Shown: piece by piece, positions 56,201-64,000 of the stretch
Numbering within the stretch: the stretch's first letter is position 1
How the letters are laid out: every line of letters starts with the position of its first letter
DNA from: Bugula neritina
Taxonomy: Eukaryota; Animalia; Bryozoa
Assembly (NCBI GenBank): GCA_964035545.1
Contig: OZ037765.1
Span: forward strand, 10,922,698 to 10,986,697
Reading direction: 5' to 3'
Length of the DNA stretch: 64,000 nucleotides
Notes under the pieces: generated by a model
Told to the model about the DNA's origin: nothing
Seen by the model: the letters and a program-made list of their open reading frames with translations, nothing else
Databases searched by the model: none
Made by a program: the position numbers and the translations under genes

Positions 56201-59200
56201 GAAAAACATGAATATGACTACAGATTCAACTAATCTATAAAATTAATTAAAAGTTCTGTTGAGATATCAATCAACTCAATGAAAACTGCTCAAGGTAAAC
56301 AAACTCTGACATAAATAATTGCCATAACTCATCAATGCACGGCAATTACGTTAATCGAACTATCCAGTAATGATTTAAAACACTTTAAAGGCTATTCTGA
56401 AGCAAAGTAAATCAATTGATAGGTTTGCTATGACAAGTTACCACTCACATTATTTAGATATGTAGGGTGTTGGCCTGTTGACATATAATTCCTACACAGA
56501 AACTGGTGGAAGAAATCAGCACAAAAAAGCTAAATTTTTTAAAAAATTTCTACCACACCAATATTCCTGAAGGATTAGAGGTCAAAATATACTAATCAGC
56601 GCTATGTCAAGTGCAGCAGACATCATAGCCACATTCTATTTGCATTGACTGCACACAGCATTTAGGGGTGAAAAATAGAAGACAAGTTTGTGTATATATG
56701 CCGAAATAGCTACCAGCTTACCAATGTTACAGTAAGTATTACCTGCTGAGGTGCATACTCCAGAAGATTACTAATTATCCTCAGCAACAGCTCAGGGTTC
56801 AGATTAGTGAAGTAACTGAAACCAACAGGTACTCCTTGAATAGCTCTAAAGTTGACAGTAATGGCTTCCTGAAATTTGTTGATAACAGTTTCTGCAGATG
56901 AGCCTTTCTTACGCTGCATGACTCCAGTTAAAAACACGACTTCCTGTAACCAGATAAATAAGTATTACATCCTCAGTTTTACTCAAAAAATATCTGCTGC
57001 AAAATATGTGTAATAATTTACTGCTGGACCAACAATTTATTTACAAACTAGAAGATTGCCAGTAGGTGCTAACAGAGTCATCTGATAAGAGTTTGCTGAA
57101 CTCTGTTATTGGATGCCAAACTGAGCCAACCAAAAATAGTCACTGCAAACAATTGAGGTAAGTACAATAATGGAGAGATTGAGAAAAGCCTGTGTTTTAG
57201 GTTAGGCAATAAAGTTATACTCTCGCAAAGATTTTCAACCCAAGTTCCAAACCAAATTAAAAAAACTTAGGCTATTAAAATTTCTCCACTGCTGCAACTA
57301 AATGAAGCAATTACAGCTAGCTTCTTAATGTAACCTATTCTAAGTAATCTGTTAGCAACTATCAGTCAGTTTAATTGTTATATTTTACTTATTTTGTGCA
57401 AAAATCTATAAATTGCAAAAATCATTTTCTGTCTGTCAATTAGTTTTAGCTGCAAATAAAAGTGTTTGCAAGTTTCATGCTTAATTTTAACACAAAAGCC
57501 AATTACATAGAAATCAACAGCCACTGTATAGTATAATTGTTGTAGCACATGTCATGGGTGGATGTACCCTAGTTGTCCCCCCATAAGCAAGAGCTCTGAG
57601 TAGATAACTCCCGGTGTCAGTGCATATATTATTGCGCTGCACTATGTAGCTAGAGCAAGGCTTTGAAACAACTTACTGCAGACAGACCAAGAGTGCTGTT
57701 GAGTTCATTCAGAAACTCAAGACTAGAAGTTGCCTCCTCAATGTTGTTCAGCTGCAACTGAGCTCTGATAACTCCGCACATGCTCGCAGCTGTAGCATCC
57801 GAGTATTTAGATGCTGTGTTGTATGTAGTCATAGAGCCATGAATGTCACCCTATTAATAAAGGATGCAAGCAGCTTCAACATATTAACTGGTTGATCGGT
57901 TTGAACAAGTGCATGACGTACAAATTAAACTGTATATTTGCAGGGCATGCAACCAGAAAGTCAAAATGAAGTGTAGTTTAGAAATTTAGACTATACAAAT
58001 ATCCAGTTCAATTATAAAAATGAAATTGTGATGGAAGCTAAAATGCTGCGTTAGCTATACATAAATATTGTATAAAATATAATAAAGACAAGTTAGCCAT
58101 ATAGAACTAAGTATTGTATAAATTAAAAAAAGAAATGCTAGCCATCAACAAGAAACACATATTGAGCTGTACTTTAAGGTATTGCTGATAGCCCATTTCA
58201 TTGTAGTAGTCTGCACGTTTGTCTAAAGTCACAGCTCGTTCAATCATCTCGTAGCACTGCTGCAGTACTAGAGGATTTTTCCCACACTGCAAAACAACAA
58301 AATATGAATAAAACTTTAAAAAAATCAAGTCTACAACAAAATAAATGGTATTGTATGCCCACTTAACAGATGCATTAAGTTATAGGTTTCCTGTCACCCA
58401 ATGTACTTTCATATAATCATAAATCTTGAAACTTGTTTACTATACCCAGCATAAATAGATGTGCTTCAGGAAGTGAGTTTTATCGTGTATAGAAAAGTGA
58501 AAGTAAAATACAAAGTTATATTATATTCTAACAACGAATTTTTTGAAATGTTTTTTCTTTTATATTCTCGAATCTAATATTTTACAGCATGTAGAGCATT
58601 ATGTTGGTTAGAATCAAGTTTCTAAAATCTAAACAAGCGCTAGGTGACAAAAGTCATTCAAAATATAATAACATATAATGCAATGAAGCACAAAACTGCT
58701 CCTCAGCAAACTAAATTCCATTTTTTAAATAAATATGGTCAAAAAGTTGAATGAAAGCTTACCACTCGACAAAACAGAGCAGAAAGGTTGTAATAGAGGT
58801 AGGCATTTTTAGACTCAATTCTATCAATAGTGACAATGAGATCTCCTATCTCAGTAGCAGCTTCTTCATAGCCACTCTCCCTAACCAGTCTGTGGAGGAT
58901 GTTGTACTTCTTAGCCTCTATGCAGTCACCATTTATTAGCAAGGCTCTGAAAAAGCACAAGTAGATCCTCTTATCAGGTTTATTAATAGACGCACAGAAC
59001 TGTACTCACATCATAGAAAACAAAACTGCCTTTTACTTTCTCCTCCCAACAAATTGTCACAAAAATAAAAGTAAAAGTTATGGCTTCTATTATAATGCAC
59101 AAAAATTTCTGGAAGAAATAAAACTAACTATCATGAATAAATATTTTTTCAAGAAGTGCCAGTAATTCAACAATGCCTCGTACTGATTTATCTCTACATT

Positions 59201-62200
59201 TTTGCTCCGGCTACATTCCAATAAAAGACAAAGAGCCAACTAAATAAATTTGCAAAAACATTATAAAAGATGACTTTATACTTATAGACACAGAGAACGT
59301 AAGTCTGGGTAGAGAGAGAGTTACCGGTTAGCAGTATCAAGGACTTGATCCCAGTCTTGGAGTGCCAACTGCAATCTCATCTTTTCTATCAGAGCTGGCA
59401 CAAAGTTGTGGAAGTTCACAATAGTTTTGCTGATCATATCCAAACAACCCGAAAAGTTCCGCTTGAGTTCTATAAGCTTGGCTTTACCAAAGTACAAATC
59501 AGGGTCTGGAGTCTCTCCCCTGTGTTACATTGTATGAGATCGTAAAAGATTTGAAGTTATTTGCTCAAATTGAAAACAGTGTAGACCCTTTGAAGGTGAC
59601 TCAATGATTTGAGTCAAAAATTAGTATTCGTCTTTTATTAAGCATTTTCAACATGCTTCTAGTTAGTTCACACGCAACTAAAACCTATTATTTAAATTTC
59701 AATAAAACAGAACATATCTTAGTATTGCATATTCAAATAACTATGCTATCAGCTGTTGAACAAATAATAAACTGCGTCTTAGTATCTAATAAATATTATG
59801 GTCAAGTGACAAACATAGAAAATGAGCATGGAAAAAGTTTAGCAAAACTCACGAAGATTTGGATGAAAAATACATATCAAATTAGAAATATATATTTTTA
59901 GTGGATTCTATTGTATAAAGTATATCTACATACTCAGCTTCTTCAAAGAGCTTTGCAGCTTTCTTCACTCCATTCTCTTTGCCAAGTTCCAGCTCTAGCC
60001 ACCCTCTGGTTATTAAAGCCTAAACATTGATAAGTAAAAGGTTTGGGCAATTCAAAAGGCTTCAAAGACATGAAAAGGTTGTTTTATACAAGATAGTTTC
60101 CAATTCAACAGTTTACAACAAAACAAAACTGTCAACATAAAAACACTCACCTGCTGATTATTGCTCATTTTAATAGCCCTGTCCAAGTACTCCTTAGCCT
60201 TATCATGCTTTCCAATAAGAAAAAGATATCTTCCAGCAAACAGTAAGCCTAACTCGCCAGCCTGTTTTCTCTCTTCCTTTACTTTAGATTCTAGCATTTG
60301 AACAGCTTCTTTATCTAATACAAGTAAAGCAAAGAGAGCAGGTTATTCACAACTTTTAGACAAAATTATAAGATGTATAATGATTTAAGGCATTCAATAG
60401 GCAACAGAGCACAGCATATATTGCCGAATATCATCACATCGCAATTATGGTTATTGTAACTGTGGCATCAAAAATTTATAACAAAGAAAAGACACTAGTT
60501 CAAGACTAATACAGTTACTAACAGCGAATTTATATGAAACAATTATCCTCAAAAATAAAAACATCTACTAGAACCTCATTAGTGGGTATTTCTATTTAAT
60601 GCTAATATTTTGAAAAATACTTAGAGATAATTAACCTAATAAAATAAAATGTTTATATTCAGTCATGCTAAAAAATATATTCTGAGAAAAATGTAACCGG
60701 AGCATACTAAAAAGATGTTATGATTGAAAAGACAACTTACCAACTACTTTACACATGCGGTGAGCATAACTAAGAGCCAGTAAAGAGCAAACATTGACAT
60801 CCCTCTTGTCTTTAATTAGTTCTAGTTCAGATATTCCCTCCTGGATTCTTCCTACAGTCAGGTTTGATCATAAATTCACATTATAAAGTCGGAGAAAATA
60901 CTCTTATAGAACCTCTCTCAAAGTTTCATTACTATGACTAATGGTTTCATGATCATAGCAATTTTTGATAAATGAATTGAAAACCTACATAATATTCTAT
61001 ATAAATAAATTAAAAAATAAGATGGTAAAAATAGTTGATCTGATTCTATACCAGATATACATATACTATACATTTGAATGCCTAAATGTATTATATATAT
61101 GCTTCTCACTGTTACTTATTTTAGTTTTAGCTAAAAGCTTTATATAAAAAAATTATAAGTTTTAGACGAGCCTCTACTTTTATGTAGAAGAAATATTGCT
61201 ACTGTTATGTATAAATAGGTTTTAATAAATGAACTAAAAAAGCTACAACTCTAATATTTTAGGTTGATATTAATTTTTACTTATTATGAAACTTATACTG
61301 CATAATATGTATAATGTTTTCAATTTGTTCTTTTCTATTATGTTTTGCTTATTAGTATTAAGTATTATCAATGCTTCTGTCAGAGTGCAACAATACTACA
61401 AAGTTAAATTGCAAACACATGAAAATGTTAACTAATTAATGCATGTTCGTAACTAAACAAACATTCGCGCATGTGCATCTACTTTATATTACTAAAATTT
61501 TATTGAAATAACTTTTGAATAGTATATATTAGATATATAGAGAATGGATGCACTTGTCTAGAATGATGTATGCTGAAATAGGTAAGTGCTTTATATTCTA
61601 TACAGGAGTCATAGCACGATAAAATTAGGAAGGGCGTCCAATAACAATGAATCTCTGGGGCTCTCAAGCCATTTTTCCAGCAATGCTTGAGACAAGAAAA
61701 ATGTATAGCCCTCAACAAACTTCAACATCAGATTTTTACAAAAAATTAATATTCTCTACGAAAATCAACACATAATTTGGAATTAACGAGTACTATATTT
61801 TACAGCAAGTCACTCACTCACTCACTCACTCACTTACTCACTGACTCACTGACTGACTGACTCACTCACTCACTCACTCACTCACTCACTCACTCACTCA
61901 CTCACTCACTCACTCACTCAGCATTGAGTAACACTGCTTGGCTTTTAGCTGCTGTCAATAAAGTATATTAAAACAAAACTTTATAAGCTACATGTTTACC
62001 CTCTAGTACTTTGTTTGCACCAATGTAAAACTTTAATAGTGGATCATTGCCATATTTTCTCATTCCTTCCAAGGCTTCAGTCTGGGCATGCCCATAATAC
62101 TTTTCTCTCATGTAGTAATGTATCTTGCCCTTTATAGATATATAAATTTTTGAAAAACACTAAGGTTATTTATCTGACAACAAAAGTCCTGTGGCCTTTG

Positions 62201-62830
62201 ATTATTATGTTGAACAATTCATAATTACATGGAAATACACTTACTCGACCCAGTCCTAATAAAGAAATTTTTATTTAAAAATATTTTGTAATAATTTTAA
62301 AATTAATATAAATATAATATACTCTTATATTGAACAGTGGTATAGTTTGGGGTTATTGATTATTCAGTGTTTGTATAAGACTAAAAACTGCCAATAAACA
62401 TGGCTTTACAAATTTACAAATTAAATAATCATTAGTTTGTTCACTCTTGTATACAATTTTATCAATTTTGACATGTTTTATATGAATTCATAAAGCTTCT
62501 TCCAGCTATATTTGTTAGTATATAAGTATTCTAAAATAACTTATTAATTTTTAACTTCTAATACATTGCATGAGCAGCTAAATGCATAAAATTATGTAAG
62601 TTTAAACAGTAGAACATAGCATTTAATTTTAGCACTTGATGCAAGGTCAATTTGAATGCAGGTTTCCAAATGTGATTTAATTGCTAACATTAGCGTCGAT
62701 ACAACTAGTACTACTACTACGTAACCAGGATTTAGTAATTTTATGGTAATAATAAATTATCTGCGTTGTAATAATTAGTTGATAAAGGTCAGTTACAACT
62801 TACAAGCGTTAAAGCGTCGTTTTCAGCCAT
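44300..62830 (-). CDS. TTC21B: Tetratricopeptide repeat protein 21 / IFT139 (IFT-A subunit), 27 coding exons, 1313 aa
   Basis: Exons: 62804-62830, 62000-62129, 60741-60851, 60151-60314, 59934-60019, 59325-59519, 58763-58946, 58173-58286, 57677-57850, 56743-56943, 55927-56142, 55369-55495, 54933-55102, 54345-54497, 53764-53922, 53328-53438, 52504-52701, 52012-52082, 51264-51432, 50750-50942, 49557-49707, 48669-48827, 48393-48453, 47773-47898, 47385-47609, 46591-46779, 44300-44377 (3942 nt, in frame). Motifs: [92 protein letters not shown]. Confidence 0.96.
45621..45680. repeat. 14-bp tandem repeat (AGACCTATTAGAGC), about 4 copies
   Basis: agacgtattagagc aaacctattagagc agacctattagagc agacctattagagc aaac. 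Confidence 0.9.
61810..61920. repeat. (CACT)n tetranucleotide microsatellite with (GACT) variants
   Basis: Directly visible in TTC21B intron 2. Confidence 0.95.
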
Positions 62831-63309
62831 AATAATTGGTAGTCAGACTCAATATGAATATCAACTTGAGCCTGAGGACGAGGTTTTCCAAGACCAATGC
62901 TTCTAGTTCTACTTCTAGAGTCCTATTAGTGTTAGGTTTTATTGGTTAACGGTTTAAAAGGGTAATTACAAAAATGAACGTAAGCACTAAATATGAAATT
63001 TAGTGGCACTGATATCCATAACCATGTCAACGTAAGAGTACTTCAAATATATCACTTTGAGCTTGATATAACTATGAATGTGCTTATTGTAAACCCAGTC
63101 GCCTAGATAGGAATGCTAGGCTGAAAAATATGCCAGCACGCGTATTATGGTAATAGCTAGTGTAAATAAAGAACGATTCCGCGACTATTGCCGTTTACGC
63201 ACAATTTGCAAACATGTAGACCGATTTTTATCGCCTTTATAAATGCCAAGAAAAGTCTTTTTATTAAATATCTTTATACAGGCGCGTAACTTAACGCAAC
63301 TTCCGTCTA

Positions 63310-63323
63310 GTTTCCTCGGTAAC
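63310..63323. promoter_or_regulatory. RFX X-box candidate in the putative TTC21B promoter
   Basis: GTTTCCTCGGTAAC (reverse complement GTTACCGAGGAAAC) lies in a locally CpG-rich patch about 480 bp upstream of the ATG of an IFT gene. Confidence 0.6.
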
Positions 63324-63575
63324 CCCTGTAGTAGCGCAGAGCGTACAATGAGAACCGCGGTTTATTTGCTCTTTGTACAATGTGAATTGAATACTCTGTT
63401 GTTCAATTGTTTGATAATGGTCCATTTAGCAGTGAAAGAAAACAAACTGCTTTGAACAGCATTATCATTATAAGAAAGCATGAAGGTACAACTGCAGTTT
63501 ACAAGTATTATTAAAGCAAATTACGTTAAAATTTTGCATTAAGTTTACCTTACGTTAAACTGATTGAGTTTGATT

Positions 63576-63635
63576 GATACTCATACTCGTACTGATAGTC
63601 ATACTCATACTGATACTGATAGTCATACTGATAGA
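63576..63635. repeat. Degenerate hexamer repeat (ATACTC/ATACTG/ATAGTC)
   Basis: atactc atactc gtactg atagtc atactc atactg atactg atagtc atactg. Confidence 0.85.
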
Positions 63636-64000
63636 GATTTAAAGTGATAGAAATAAATTATTAATAATAATTAAGTGCAACTTATCTTTGAAAATATTAA
63701 TCTTATGGTATTACTATTAGTATTAGTATTACTATTAAAAACCAACTCGCCGTTACTACCCTTAACAGTAATTCTCTAAGTCTAATACTAATAGAGTAAT
63801 ACTAATACTAATAGAGTAATACTATTAATGGTGGCTACTCTTAATCTTACGCGGTAGCAATCATTTACATAATCTTTTTGTGATTATCTTAAATATAATT
63901 ATTTTTGAATTTATACTTTCGGTCAATATTATTTTAATTTTATGACCTTTGACTTTGTTGAAGTTGAGTATAGTGGCTGTTTTTAATAATTCAAGCCACG

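Noticed and set aside
55495-62131. AAG acceptors (TTC21B exons 2 and 12) and a weak GTACAG donor (exon 8)
   Set aside because: Uncommon but canonical GT-AG sites; no U12 or non-canonical signature.

Overview
This is AT-rich, intron-rich animal genomic DNA. It is from an invertebrate (the COE protein has only one helix-2); the species cannot be determined from the sequence. Most entries in the ORF track are spliced-exon fragments or noise. Six spliced genes were rebuilt by hand with frame-consistent GT-AG introns: the 3' end of an MMP21-like metalloproteinase (+, 1-834); a complete COE/EBF/collier transcription factor (-, 13 coding exons, 512 aa); Integrator subunit INTS14 (+, 8 exons, 519 aa); a Tctex1-domain dynein light chain (+, 3 exons, ~223 aa); RING-H2 protein RNF11 (+, 3 exons, 161 aa); and IFT-A subunit TTC21B/IFT139 (-, 27 exons, 1313 aa). 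Non-coding content includes a decayed RTE-type LINE, three short TIR elements in INTS14 introns, two tRNA-derived SINE copies and several microsatellites. The most striking non-coding signal is an apparently intact type I hammerhead ribozyme (9413-9459). It sits in a ~110 bp cassette between (TA)n tracts in COE intron 8, antisense to the host gene and next to a 42-bp perfect palindrome, which resembles a Penelope-like element or retrozyme remnant. Also notable: RNF11 lacks its PPxY motif, RFX X-boxes lie near two ciliary genes, and a degenerate hexamer repeat recurs near three gene 5' ends. Homology calls come from recalled protein sequences, not database searches.
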